DNA from: Phoronis australis
Lineage: Eukaryota > Animalia > Phoronida
Length of the DNA: 64,000 nucleotides
Assembly: GCA_002633005.1 (NCBI GenBank)
Contig: NMRA01000019.1
Span: 1,069,088-1,133,087, forward strand
Reading direction: 5' to 3'
A program made the position numbers and the translations under genes. Positions 1 through 13,564 of this stretch are shown piece after piece; the first letter of the stretch is position 1; each line of letters opens with the position of its first letter. The notes beneath the pieces were generated by a model. The model was not told the origin of the DNA and did no database searches. It saw nothing but the letters and a program-made list of their open reading frames with translations.

Positions 1-416
1 TTTAAGAATAAAATGTATTTTTGGCGAGGTGAAAACCTCTTATTTGGTGTCTGGATTTAGCCTACCGCCCATTTAAAATACAGAAGGTGACGGGGAATAT
101 TGTAGCCACTGTGTGATGGGAATATTGTTGCCCTTATATAGCCAGCCAAGGAGCTATGTGCTGCCTAGTACCTTCTGAGTGCAAAAGTACATCCTTCCAA
201 CTCGAACAAATACTAAAAAATAAGTATTAAAATAGGTAATGAAGACTTGTATTTTCTACTTTCTCAAGTTGCATACTACGTAATACTAGTGCTGAGCTGC
301 ATATCTGTTCTCAGTGTGAAGACGACCTTTGATGATGGTGACTGACTACTATGGTGCCTCCTAGTTGTAGTTTTGTGCCCATAGTTTTATCTCCTAAACC
401 CACTAGGGGATCTTTA

Positions 417-1222
417 GGGCTGTTCCAGTAAAATTCGTGTGGGAGGGGGGGGGGAACGGCAGTAGAAATAAAAATTCATGGGTGGTGGTCTTCAGAAAAA
501 AACTCAAATTATGGGTGGTCGTTCCTGTAAGAAGTGATGCATTACAAATGGGTGGTATTTTTTGACCTGTTAATGTTGACAGGTTCATTACTTCAGCCAG
601 CAAAACTCAAAAAAATGCAATTGACATATAAATAAATTATCCTAACTTATCCCAATACAAAAAAGCCCATATTGCCAGTGAACGAAGTGCAATATGTTCA
701 CTAAGCCATTAATCAAGTCATGGGCAACTTGATTTGAGCCAACTGTTTGTCTGCAACACTAAACTGGTGTTAACACATATAAGAAAATTGATGATTTTTA
801 AATAAAAAGTATGAGGAGTAAGATAAACAAGTTCCAATATTCACTTGACATAGAAGTATAAAAGAGTTTGTGGAGACAGTTTGAGATTCATAGATCCTTA
901 TAATTGAAAAAATGTTCATTGAAATTATATACACATGGTGAACAGAGACACCTGGTGGCTGCCAAAAGTATTGCTCACAGACTACTTTAGTTTTTGACAA
1001 TATTGCACAAGACAACTAGTTCTTGTCTGTCAATCATCTAAGTTCTTAACTGGTCCTCCTGGAGGCAATTTTTTTGCAAGTGTTGGATTTTATATTTTAA
1101 CCTATTAAAAATAATTAAAAAATTATGGGTCATGGGTTGGAGAAATAAATGAAAAATATGGGCGGTGGGTACGAAATAAAAGTGCCTTCCCCCCTTCCAT
1201 ACAGATTTTGCTGGAACAGCCC
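417..1222. mobile_element. PIF/Harbinger-type MITE (about 806 bp)
   Basis: Imperfect TIRs of about 35 bp: GGGCTGTTCCAGTAAAATTCGTGTGGGAGGGGG versus CCCCCTTCCATACAGATTTTGCTGGAACAGCCC. Flanked by TTA on both sides (414-416, 1223-1225). No transposase ORF. Confidence 0.7.
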
Positions 1223-2163
1223 TTACTAAATTTAGTAAGTGTATTTATATGAAGATAACAACAGATGATGACGACTTTCAGGCGGATCCAACGGACACTG
1301 TGCTCACTAAAGGGAATTTCATTTTATTCTGTTTTCCTTTGTTTCTCTGAAGTTCCTTGACAGATTTTTATGAAATATGGCATGTTCCTGTTTTTGGATC
1401 CACTGTACCAAAAAATTGCATTAAATTTGTTGATCATGGAAACATGGGTAAAAACGTCAAAATTATCTGGTTTTAGTGCTTGGTAAGGAAATTATAAGCA
1501 AAAATAGAATTTTGCATAATTGTGACCTTAATTGCATATTTTAAAAAATGCTTAAGGGTTGCGAACGGTCACCCCCTAAAACATGATTAACTATTAATGC
1601 CTAGGGTACATAAAACAGCAAAGAAAAAAGCTTTATCCGGCAAATCCACGTTAAGTAAAAAAACAGCATTTGGCTCCCGGACTAGCTCTCAGTAATACAG
1701 AAGCAATGTTTGAACTCTCATTGGGTGCCAACATTTGTAGGCTGCACAGTTTCAGCTGTTTGGAAATGGCTGTTTTTTAGACTGTGGACTTCAATTATAT
1801 AATTACGGAAGCATTTACATTGGGGAACTTACTATTAACCTGAGATCCACGGTCCCCCCTTTTCTCTCTCTTGCGCCTCCCCCTGGCTATATTGTAGGAA
1901 TCGTGGCGCTGTTAAAAAACCCACGAAGTCGCAAATTAAATGGTGAAAAACGTTATACAGGACAATACCTCTTCCATCTCAGGCACATTTGAGGTGGTCT
2001 GTTCTGAGTTCTGACTTGTTTAATTTTGGTGATTTCGCTGTTCGTCCGGTAAACTTTTCTGTGTTGTCATTGATTTCATGTGATGTCACGATTATTGAAT
2101 GAAAACCTCTTCTGACTTTTCATGTTTTCATCTCCTAATTAATGAAATTCCATTGCTTTCCAG

Positions 2164-5100
2164 CCAGCTTATTTGAACCTGAAGGAAAGAGTAGAGAAAT
2201 ACGTATCTCGCTTCCTGTCCACACAGAAATGGACACCATCACTAAACAAGAAGCAGCTGAGAGAGGACTTGAGGAAGCAGATAAACCAGTATGAACATTA
2301 CTGTTTTGCTTTTAATTGCTAAACTCAAGAAAATGCACTTATATGTGTTATAAACAGGAGACAGGGGCCTTGATGCCTCAATATTTTGGTGCCAAAACTC
2401 GCCCCTATTCCTTCATGAAAAATATTTAAAATTCACACACAAATCCCATCATCAGGCTCAAAAACTTCCTTCCCATGATTTAAAAATTCTGCTCAAGGTT
2501 AGAATTACTTCCTTCAACATGTTATTTCTGGCTACCTTAGGCATTGCCATCGAGGGTTGGCAACTGGCATGGTGGTTGTGACTGGGGCAGAGTAATCTCT
2601 TCTCAACCAAAAAAGTCCCTTATGGTGTTGGGCAAAATGGCGCTGTGACGGCCATTTTTAGATTAATTGTTTGCGGAGCTGTAGCTCCAAGGTCTTTTAA
2701 CGTAATACTATTCATTTGAAGTTTGGTAGATATATCTCCTCAACTGCTATCATAAAGTTTGTCATTGGTTCTTCAAACTGTTCTCAAGTTATTTGAGATT
2801 TTCTGATTTGTTGACTGCTGTTTTATTGACAGGCTCATCAATGCACTCTTGTTGGTTTATTATTCACTTTACCTCATTGTCATGGACATCGTGATCATTG
2901 ATGTGCTTGGTTTCGTCATGATCCTCACCTCTAATCAATTTATCATGTGATTCCGACTAGCGTCGTTCCTCAGAGCACTGTCCTCTTCCACTAGTTATTT
3001 CTTTGCCCTCACCGCATAATGTTTGACTGTAAGCCTTATGTGGATTCCATTTGTTTTAAGAAAAACATTTAAAATGTTACAAAAGTTTTTTGACTAAATC
3101 TCTATGTTTTTATGCATAAATGTTGAGGCAAAACCAGATGACTCTGATGACAAGATGTTGCTACTTCTGGAAATTGTTTAGTATAGACATTTTTCATGTG
3201 GCATTATATTCTATTCTCTTCTGTAATCGCTTTTGGTTTCTTTACCTTTTGTGTACATTTTACTTTGTAATCATGGTGATTGCATTTTGCTTGTGTTTAG
3301 GTCTGGTATGCTGGCCAAAGGAGTGGAGCGGATTGTGGATCAGGTGGTGGAGCCCAAGATCAACAGTACCATTAGACCTGAGGTGGAGAAGGTGGTATCA
3401 CAGCATCTGGGCATTAACCATGACGACCGTCTCAAGAGGCTCAAGATACGGGCCGAGGAGGCACAGAAACGATTGGGTAGAGCTTTAATCCAGGGTTTAA
3501 GTTTAGCGCAATCTGAGGTTCAAATTGCCTAATCATACGGGTTTGTTGATTTTGCTTGATGTGTACTTGGAAGCAGAAAACAGAAAAGGCTACAGTTTAT
3601 TTCTATCATTTCTTTATAATGATGTCTGTTAAAGAACAGAAAAGCAGTTTCCTTCTTGGTTTTGCTTTAAGCTTTGAAAAATTTGACACGGTTTAAAATT
3701 TTTAAATTGAAAATGCCATCTGTTTGGAACATAAAGCTGAATTTACTGTGTATTTCTTTTCATTGAAAGTCTTGAAAACTCAGGACAAACTTTTAATATT
3801 CTTTCTTTGCTTTGCTCCCCATGCCATTATTTTTATTTTCTTTCTCTGCTGCCATGTCCCTGCTGTTGATCAATAGTCTGGACTGTTCTCTCTTGGCTTT
3901 TCTTTGTAGTTGTTGGCTATTGCGAAAGCAACATCATTTGATCCTTTTCCCACTTATTATCTCACCTTGTATATCACTTTTGAATTTTAATGAAATGTGC
4001 AAAAAGTCAAATTATTTGTAACCCACACAATACAAAACTTTAAACGTAGGCACATGGATCACTCTTTTTGTGCACAGTAATGAGTCCGCATAGAAAATGA
4101 TTACATTTCTCCTTGTTGAAAGATTGCTTTTTGTCATGTGTAATGATTATGTTTCCTTGACTTGTGTACATTTTGTGCGATATAAGCACACTTGCTTATT
4201 CAGTCATGCAACTTCTTCCTGTAGGACATACAATTTAGCAAGCATAATATCTAAAGTTGGTTTCAGTAACTTGATATTCAGCAAGTGGAACACAAAATTT
4301 GCGGATATCAAAAAGGAAACTATCTACGCAGCCAATAAATTGATTGTTGTTTCAGAATTTCGAAGTCCTGACCGCAGTGGTGATTTCTCACCTCCGGGAA
4401 TGTACGGTAGAAGACCACCAAGCCTGCTCGACCTGCCCGACACTAGTGTTCCTCCACCCATCTTTGGAGGCCCTCAACAACATATGTCCCTCATGAATCC
4501 TCACATGCCCAGGCTCCCTCTAACTGACATGGCTCCGTTCAACCCGAGCCTTCTACCCCTTCCTGGAGGCAATCCCCTTTATCCTCCCAATTTTGGCTTC
4601 CCCATGATGAACTTTAGCAACGTGCCACCTGGTATCTCTTCAGCACCCCCAGCACCTTTTGACCCCAGTTTCCCTCCCAATACACCTGCTCCTCCCAGCA
4701 CCTCCACACTTCTCCCATTCCCCCTGCCAACAATGGACCAGCCTACGGATGATGTTAGCCTAGATTTCGACGCTGAAGAGAAAGCAAAACGAGAGAAGAA
4801 AGCCAAGGAAGAGCCTGAAAAGCCCAAAATGGACACTGCGCAGTTGCTTGATAGTTTGTTGAACATCCCCCTTCCAAAAGTGGACCCTCCGCAAGATTCG
4901 CCTGCCAAGCACCTGAAGAAGGACGGTGGTAAGAAAACCACCAAGACAACGGAGACTTCAGAGACTGTCCATGAAGAGGTGGTCACTCTTAAGGATGAAG
5001 AGGAACCGCATCAGGAGGTCATTGAAGAACAGATGGAAGTGGAGGAAATCACTCTTGAAGAGATCCCGCTGCCGGAATCTAGTGTACCTGTTGATGTTGG

Positions 5101-8100
5101 TGAAGTAGAGCAAAGTGATGGGAAGAAATTGTATCACTTTGCCTGGGATGATATTGAGGAACGTCTGTCTGAACTGTCTGTAAGCTCTGTTCACACCAGT
5201 GATCTGTCATCATTTGACGACAGCGAGTCAGAGAAGGAACTAGAAGAAGAGGACGCTAAGTCTTCGAAGAGTTTATCTCCTTCTGCGGAGAGCGAGTCTG
5301 AAGATGAGAAGGGTCACAAGGAATCATCTCAAGGTTTCTTTTTTAATAATATTTGTTATAAAGGCACTGCAGTTGTGCATTGGATAAATATCACAACTGT
5401 TCCTTTGATATCAATTTGGTGTTTTTATTTGAATTGGTGCATTTGGTAGAAATTTCTAGTTGCTACGCTGCTTTATTAATTTATGTTTAAACTATCTTCA
5501 AGTTGTCAGTCTTGCTAGGCATGTTGCAAGAACTATGCGTGACGTTTTATGTGAATGAAGCTCTTTAGACAGGACTAACCCCATTTAAATTTCTGTAAGG
5601 CGAGTGAATTCATTTGGTGTGTTCTTATTATGGGTTGATTTTAGATTTGTCAGTTGTGAGTTTTGAACATTTAAAAGGACTGCGAAATCCTGTCACAATT
5701 TTTGCGAAATTCCAAGCAGTGCAACAGGTCTTGGTATTTTGCACCTTTATAGAGTGATCAAGGCAGTTAGCATTTTAATTACCGATTCATGTGCTTCATT
5801 TGATGAGTAATTTTGCTCTTCCAATTTCAGAAGAAGAGTCTCAACCAAGCCCTGTGAGAGCCGACCACAAGGATGACCCGTGTGAAGTTGATAAGAACAC
5901 TCAAATTGGTCTGGAGTCAGTTGAGGTGGGAGTGAAACCTCGTCGGTTGATCTCGCTCACGTACAATATCAGCGATAGTGAAAATGATGAGAGTAGGGAA
6001 GAGAAAAAGGCCAGAATGGTGAGTTGAGGGTTGTACAGTCAAGTTATGATAAGAAGGTGTGCCTAATTTGACGGGAGTATATTCCATGCTAGCTACATGC
6101 GACAATTACATATTTCATGATAACCCTGATTTTATAAATAATATTTTTATGGCTTCTACCTGGTGCACGGTGATTGTTAAGATGATACTCGTGGTTATAT
6201 TTTACAGCCTGAGAGCTGAAGAACTACACAAATCAGTAACAATTATTGTAATTTCATTGGTCTAAGTTTTGTGGATTCGTGGTTGCCAATGTGTGCTCTG
6301 AATTTTTCTTCCTCCTGACCAGTTTTGGGAGGGTGATATCATTGAGATCCAAGCAGTTGTTACACTGTTAGCCCAGATATTGAAAACTGGCTCAATTCAC
6401 AATTCAAACCTACATCCTTGCATATGCACGCCTAAGTTCCAACAATGTAGGCTAACCAGGAATGTTGCACTTTAAAATCCTGTGAATCTGATACAGAGCA
6501 TTTAGAGGAGGCAGTGTGGCCTAGTGTGATAGGTGACCACTTCTTTATTCGAGGTCATGAGTTTGAGTCCCACTGTGTCACACTGCTGAACCCTTGAGTC
6601 AGGTTCCAGGTGATCAGTGCAATATGCCCACATTCCTGGTCTGTGCATGTCTGGTACAACGTGTATCAGATCCCCTGTAATTACTTTTGTTTTTTACAGA
6701 GCCTTCATACTGCAATGTATTTGTAGTTACTAATCATAGCATTGTGGTCTGAATATCACTGATAGTGTTTGTCTCAGAAAGTAGATTCTGTTTATTGCAG
6801 GCCAGAGAAAAAGAGGACAGATATTTGCGTCGCCAACAGCGACGCGCTGAAATCGAGGCAAAACGTAAAGAAATAAAATCTCCCATCAAAAAGAAGAGGG
6901 AAATGAATAAAGTAGAGACAGAGTCTGACACAGACAAGGATGGTGCAAAATCTTCAGAGGTTCCTTCCTCAGAACTTACCACTGATGAGTCAGATAGTAA
7001 GAAAACTTTGCCAAGGAGAACCAAGCAACAACTGAAGGAGCAGAAAGTTATGGAAAAACGTATGGCTCTGCGACGTCAGCGAACACGAAACAAACGTTAC
7101 ACGTCGGACGAATTCACGTCAATTTACACAGATAAACATCCCATGTTAAATGAGGGTTATACTGAGGTGATAGTTGAAGAACAAGTGGTTGAATCCGGAG
7201 GGGTGGACGGTAGTGATGCCTATGTTGATCAAGGTGCTGACTTGTATGAAAAGGAGCCTGGCACCCCTACTCAGGACGAAGTTGTCTACGACCATGATGT
7301 CATTGCCACTGATATGACCAACATACCGATATATGAGGTTCCTTTGGCTAATAATGGTGCTTCTCTTAGAATTGGACAGTATAACACTCGTTTCTCTGGC
7401 AGACGAAAATCTGAGGGCATCAGATCTCGCCCATCAACGCCAGAGGTCTCTCAAGTTAGCAAAGCTGAAACAGATTTAAGCAAAGGGAAAAAGACGCCAA
7501 CTGAGGTAAACTATTCTTTGGGTGCAAAATGATGTATGGGCTTTCTTTGGGACTGCCTCAATATCTACCAAGTTTTTTATGGACCTTCATGTAGTTTGCC
7601 GCATGAAGTTCTATTGAAAAAAACATGGCTGGTGCACGTTCAAGTTATGTTGGTTTTCAAATGGATCTGACTATCATGAATGCATAAAATTAGCACCTGT
7701 TAGATCTTAAGTATTTGTGATGCACACAGTGATGCATATTACTGTTCTGCATTGCTACCCAAACTATCATTCTTCTGGCTTCAACTTGTTGTTTTGCACT
7801 AGTCATCTAGTTTGAAAAGAGTATAGGCAAAATTTCGTCGGAGAAATCTATAAAACTTTGGGAAAAATGGATTACGTTGTTTTGGTTGGGTTTACTATTA
7901 AATTGTTGTCTTTGAGTTTAATAGGCAGTTATCATTTAAGGTAGACATAGTATCGTGGTCTTCACTGTATGTAGTGATTGCCTGGTATCTTCTTGGGAGA
8001 GAATCTGCAGAATTTTAGAACAAAAATATTTCACAACGTTCTCCTGACGTTGTTGGCACTTTCTACTAAAAGTGAACTTCAAAGACATTTTGACAAGAAT

Positions 8101-11100
8101 TTTCCTAACTTTTTTGAAATATACTACAGACTAAGTTTCCATCGAGTTTTCTTCCAAACTTGTCTTACAACAGCTCTCTCATTTATCTTTTGATTTAATT
8201 TTATAAAAACTTTGACAATGCCGTATGATTCCAGCATGATTTTGTCAGTTTTCCTAAAAGTAATTATCAATTTTCTTTGTATTCATTCAGATTTCTCCGT
8301 CGGGTTCTAAAACTCGCAATCAGCAACGCTATGACACATCAGATCTTTACAAGCCTCGCATGAGTCGGCGACGAACTTCCCCGACTTCCAGCAGTAGTAG
8401 TCACCAAGACAATGAGACGAAGGCAATGAGAACAGTGTCCCCTAGTGACAGCGGGGAATTATCTGAAAGGAGGGCCAGGTGAGTAGGGGGATGGAAGATC
8501 GTGGTGGCAGACCTTATGTTGAAGCAGACGTGAACACGTGCTTTGTTTGTAATGCTTGGCGGTGTCTTAAGTTTTTGCACAGTTCTTGCTTCTATCAGGG
8601 CTTGGAATTTTCTGCGGAAACGCGGATTTCCGTTTTTTTCAAATGTTCTGCCAGCGTATTTTATTGTATTTCCACGTAAAAAAAAATTGGATTTGATATA
8701 AAATTTCCGCGGCAAATTTCTTTCTTACTGTGGCGTTGCCGACGACTTTCACCTTGAAAAGTGGAAGTTGCTCTTTATGTTTCAGAGGAATGTAAATTGT
8801 CATCATTGCCGGGGCACCCGGGATAGCGTGGTTTTCTTCAAGGGCATCTCGTGAGATTGTAAATCGCGGTGACATATACTATGACTCAGCAGCCAAAAAT
8901 GTGTGGAAATGGGAGTTGACGGATGAGCTCAAAAGACGCAGACGCACACTTCTGGACGTGGCACCTTTTTTTATAGTCCTCCCTATGTTTTGTCGGCAAA
9001 AGGTCCACATCAACAAAAATTTGAGCCCACCCCATTTTCAAGGCTGGGTGCGCGCATGTTTTAGGGCCGTAAAAATTTCCACTTTTTTGTCATGGTTCAT
9101 TCCAAGCCCTGTTCTATGAAATGCACACTACATTTGGTTGCATTGAATACATTAAGTCTAGACTATGAGGTTATATCTGGTATCCAAACAAAGTGTATCA
9201 AATTTTGACGACACTGTTTCTGCGGAACAATAAAGCCAGGGTGTATGAATTTTTGTGCAATTGATCTTTTATGTGTTGAATATGGCCTGGTAATATGTCA
9301 TTTCGATACCTTGAAAAGTGTAACCATGGCAACATGTTTTATTGAATGTGTCAAAAGTGATTCTTTTTTTCTCTTGAGGGTTTATTTTTTCTATAGACCT
9401 ATCAAATTATGATCTGATGTGGTATTCCAAGAAATTATGCTAGCTGTGCAAAATTCATTGTATCTAATCCAGGTCAAAGTCAAGATCGGCCTCCAAGTCA
9501 AGATCCGTCTCTGAATCGAGATCTGCATCCCGCTCAAAATCAAGATCAAGATCAAGGTCAAAAACTAGGTCAAGGTCGCATTCTAGATCTAGGTCTCGCT
9601 CAAGGTCACGCTCAAGGTCACGCTCAAGATCAAGGTCGAACTCTGCATCCCAGTCAATCACCTCCCACCACCGTTCCCGTAGCTCTTCTTCAGAGAGTCG
9701 TTCAAGAACCCCTGCTGAAGATCTAAGCTTTGGTGAAGCTGAGAAGCACAGTCCAAGGCGGCCCACAAGAGGGCAAAACAGAGGTGGTCAGCACCAAGGG
9801 TACACAAGTGGACATGACAGATGGAAGTCACCAGGCGAAGATCAACATTTTGGTGAAGCTGAACGAAGGACTCGATACAGGTTGGTGTTCAATGTGTTTG
9901 GAATCATCAAAAACGTGTCACCTGAAGTTCAGCCAATTAGTCTGTGATATTTGTTTGATTTTGATGTCTTACAGCACAGGTCTGACTTGTCGGAAACCAG
10001 TTGGTGATCAGTTGGAAAAATAACAGATTGGTCTTCTAAGTTTTAGCAGGCCTGCAGCAAACTGCATAATTGACTGCTGTGCCAACTTAGAAAACTATTG
10101 TTTTCGTTCATGTCTTAGATTTGATAATTACTTGAGTCAGTCATTTTTGAAACAATGGACCGAACTCTGTATAGTGGACTTAGGGAGGGTGCTTGGATGC
10201 CTGGACCACCCCTGTGGACACATCCAAAGGAGAACAGAAACAAAATGCTGTTTTAGGACTTACACCCCCCCCCCTCCCCCCAGTGTACGACACATTAATC
10301 CACATGTGTCTACTGATCATTGGTTTCTTCAATGGGATAATTCATCACCGCTAAATTTATGCATTTCAGTTTGACATAATTAGCAATGTGTGGTACTTCA
10401 AGCTAAGGTGTAGTATACTGTGTACCATGCAATAGTGAATACTGTATACCATGCAATAGTGAATACTGTGTACCATGCAATACTGAATACTGTGTACCAT
10501 GCAATACTGAATACTGTGTACCATGCAATACTGAATCATGAAGTTACCACAGTTTCTTAACTTTGGAAAAATGATACTTGTCAAAACTTGGGGGAAATTT
10601 AAAGCCGCTAAAAATTATGTTACCGATGAGTTAAAAATATCAACTTCCTTCACTGGGTTATTCATTCTTCTAATTTAAAAGCGACATCATCGCATTCTTA
10701 TTCTTTTCTTGAAGTGATTTTTTTAGTAAATTGCTTGGAATTCCCCTGGCAGTCATAGTGTTTTGGCGACTGAAATTAATGGGTCTGGTTGGAATAATGA
10801 CCTGTTCATTCTCAAATATTATTGTAAACCGAGTAAGGAACAAGATGAGATTGACTTTATAGGCTGCAGTAAGTAGCCTAATCAAAAAGTTTTTTTGTGC
10901 CTCTTTCAGAGTGAGCGCATCAAAACTTCATTTCCCTTTTCCTCTATTTCCCTTCCTTCATAAGTATAAAACAAAACATAGTTTGTTTTAAAGGATGAAC
11001 CTAACACTTACAAGCTAGACGTTTTCATAAAACTGACATTTCATTGCCTTGAATTCATGAATTTTGAAAAACTAAAAATTGCTAAATACGCTGATTTTTA

Positions 11101-11799
11101 TGCCACTGTAGAGTTCTTTTAATATCTGTTTCTCTTCTGGCTAATACCATGCACTTGTTTTGTAGCAATCGCTTATTCAACACTAACAAGCCATATGTGA
11201 GAGGCAAGCAATGGAAACGTTCAAGTGCCATGCAGTCAGAGCCTAGCTACAGGGAGTCCTCTGATGAGTACAGGCCGCATCACTCTAATCAACACCATTA
11301 TCAATACACGGAGTCCTACTCTAGACCTGTATCATCCGTTCCAAAAACCCCTCCCTTACACAGGGACGAGACAGGTGAGCGATCAGAAGGGGAGATAACA
11401 TCAGATGACGATGAAAGCACTGGTAAAGATTCTAGAACATGTGCGGAGGTGGAGGAGAGGAGAGGTCCGCAGACACCCCCTTCAGAGGCAGTCACCACCC
11501 CTTCAGAATCAAGGAGCCCTTCACCAGAATCTGTTGAAATCCCACGGCATTACACACCTCCAAGAACACGTGGTCATGATCGTGTCACTGCTGAACAGCA
11601 TGAGCCGTCACCACCCCATACAAGATTCCGTGGGAAGGCGCCACCCAATAGATTGGGTGGCCACAAGTACTCTCCTCCTCCCATGAGGGACACGCGGAGA
11701 AGTCAGGCAGTTTCTCCTCCACAGCCAATGGGCAGAGCCTTGCGCAAGCGAAGCAGCAATGACCAACCATCAGCTGGGGGAAAGCGGCCAAGGGTTTAA
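2164..11799 (+). CDS. BOD1L1: BOD1-like / BOD1L1-type protein (biorientation of chromosomes in cell division 1-like; Shg1/BOD1 domain), 5'-partial, multi-exon
   Basis: Exons with GT-AG boundaries and consistent phase: 2164-2288, 3301-3476, 4356-5333, 5831-6018, 6801-7505, 8291-8478, 9473-9880, 11166-11799 (3402 nt, 1133 aa + TAA). The first two give PAYLNLKERVEKYVSRFLSTQKWTPSLNKKQLREDLRKQINQ-SGMLAKGVERIVDQVVEPKINSTIRPEVE, matching the BOD1/Shg1 domain. A Pro-rich region and SVSSVHTSDLSSF motif follow, as I recall from long BOD1L1 proteins. No start exon was found in the window. Confidence 0.85.
2357..2480 (+). repeat. Dispersed repeat fragment; related copy near 33153-33270
   Basis: ACAGGGGCCTTGATGCCTCAATATTTTGGTGCCAAAA...AAAAATATTTAAAATTCAC...TCAGGCTCAAAAACTTCCTTC aligns by eye with ACAGGGACTTCGACACTTCAGTTTTGGGGCCAAA...AAAAATATTTAAAAATCAC...TCAGGCCCCAAAAATTCACCTTC. 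Confidence 0.5.
6508..6603 (+). mobile_element. Degenerate tRNA-derived SINE head
   Basis: Box A-like TGGCCTAGTG and box B-like GAGTTTGAGTCCC at tRNA-like spacing, followed by a CCCTTGAGTCAGG segment. No complete cloverleaf. Confidence 0.4.
10415..10536. repeat. Minisatellite, 24-bp unit x about 5 (ATACTGTGTACCATGCAATAG/CTGA)
   Basis: Directly visible tandem copies in the last BOD1L intron; it produces the spurious YCMVHSIQ-repeat ORF. Confidence 0.9.
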
Positions 11800-13251
11800 T
11801 ATCAAAGTTGAGGGATGCAAGTGTTTGTGGCAAGTTTAGCCACACCAAACCGCACGACTGGAAGCTCCTAAGGAAGCGTCTACTCCCATCTCAGTATTTG
11901 GAGTGAACTGCTGTATGCACATAATTTTAAGAAAGTGGTCTTAGAAACATAAATGTTGCCTCAGGCAGATCCTTAGCTTAGTAGTGGTGAGAAAAACTTC
12001 TCTGTAAGCCTCTCTGTGGAGTAAAGCTCATCACGAGTCACGCACAGCATGGCCTGAAGATTACTCACGCTTGCCCATATTCCTGACTTAGCAGGGAGTA
12101 TTCGAATTTCGCTGCAGACTGTTGAGGGTTATCGAGGGTTAGAGGATTATTTTGTTGTTTTTGATATCAGTTAATAGGCCAAATCCAGGTTTGGTATCTT
12201 TTTAAATGTCAAACTTGTTTTCTGCAATTATTTACAGAACTGTAAAGACTGGTTTGTTTCCAACTGTGACGTGTACATGTGTTTAGTATTTGTAATGTTG
12301 ATAACTGAAGGAGCCACGTCACCAGATTCATCACTTGACCCATGTCCATCCTGTTCTGGACTTTATATCAAAATCTATCTGTTAATATACTGCTGTAGTA
12401 GCAACAATAGACCTCATGTGGTCCATTGAGGAAACTGATTTTGGTTCAGACCACTTGCCGTTAGAAAATTGGTGTCAATTTGTTCTGTACCCATATAAGA
12501 AGTGAGTTTTGATCATGCAAATAAGTTACAGTTTGTTGTTGTTCAAGACCGTGCTCCATGAGTGAAAAACCATGCCGTGACAAACACTGTTGTAGAGCCT
12601 CGTCTCCAGCAAAAACGAACTGCTAGTTTATTCTAACTCCATATGTTACACCCGTTTTGATCAGTTTCATAATGAGGTCTAAACAACTGTTGTTTTTGTG
12701 ACCAAAGGCAGGTATACAGCTAGCTCATTTTGGGGGGGTCCTTTTTTGGTTACTGACGGACCCATTTTAGAGTGCAATTTGTCTGTTATGGGTCATTCGG
12801 TGTTCAGTGTGGTACTATTGTCCATTTTAAATTAGTTTTGGCCGGTACCTCGAATATCTCTAGCTCATTTTTTGGCCCCCTTGTAAGGTCGACAACAACA
12901 GACATTCATTTCCGTTGAGGTGGACTATAAGGGCTCCTATCAGTTCTATGGTCAGATGTTGGTACCTGGTTCATCTATGCTAAGTGCTCTGGGCTGTCGG
13001 TCTATAGAGTCGACTATCTAGCAAAAACAAACCCATTAACTCTAAGCGGCATTCGAAAGACACGCTGGCCAGTGGCCCCGGCCAGGGCTGGTGGATTTGC
13101 GGCCGGGCCAGTAAACTTTCACATTAAGGCCATATGTGGATGTGGTCTCATATTCAAGTAACTGGCCCAGCGGGCCAGCACATTTATATGCTGAAGGTAG
13201 AACACTGACTCTAAGTCTAACATGGTGAAAGTAACTAGCTGAGGCATACGT

Positions 13252-13564
13252 CATAGGCGGATTTAGGGGGCCCGGCCCTCCCCCCCTTGGCTGCCGCCAA
13301 AAAAATAAAAGAGCAACAATTAAACCCCTTGTAAGTAATATGTGGCTGAAGGGGGGGGGCACTCCCCCTTTATGTGCCTGGCCCCGACGATATGCGTAAC
13401 CATTTTTGTTTTTTTTTTTTAGTCACCATCTGTTTTCCGGTAGAAGTTCCAGACACTCGAGCCCCCCTACCTTCCAGGCTGTGTACACCCATGCAATCGT
13501 GCTTTACTCAATTAGCCCAGACAAAATGTTGCCCCCCCCTTATGATATCCTAGATCTGCTACTG
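13252..13564 (+). mobile_element. Short MITE-like element with CA...TG termini; same family as 61008-61971
   Basis: The 5' end CATAGGCGGATTTAGGGGG and 3' end AGACAAAATGTTGCCCCCCCTTATGATATCCTAGATCTGCTACTG are near-identical to the ends of the 61008-61971 copy. The ends form imperfect inverted repeats (GGCGGAT / ATCCGCC). Confidence 0.6.

Noticed and set aside
4097-5449. 450-aa ORF as a standalone gene
   Set aside because: Only 4356-5333 is exonic (AG/GT boundaries, phase matches neighbouring exons); both ends are intron read-through.
9464-9766. Minus-strand ORF with DL/ERDL repeats
   Set aside because: It is the antisense shadow of the RS-coding BOD1L exon.
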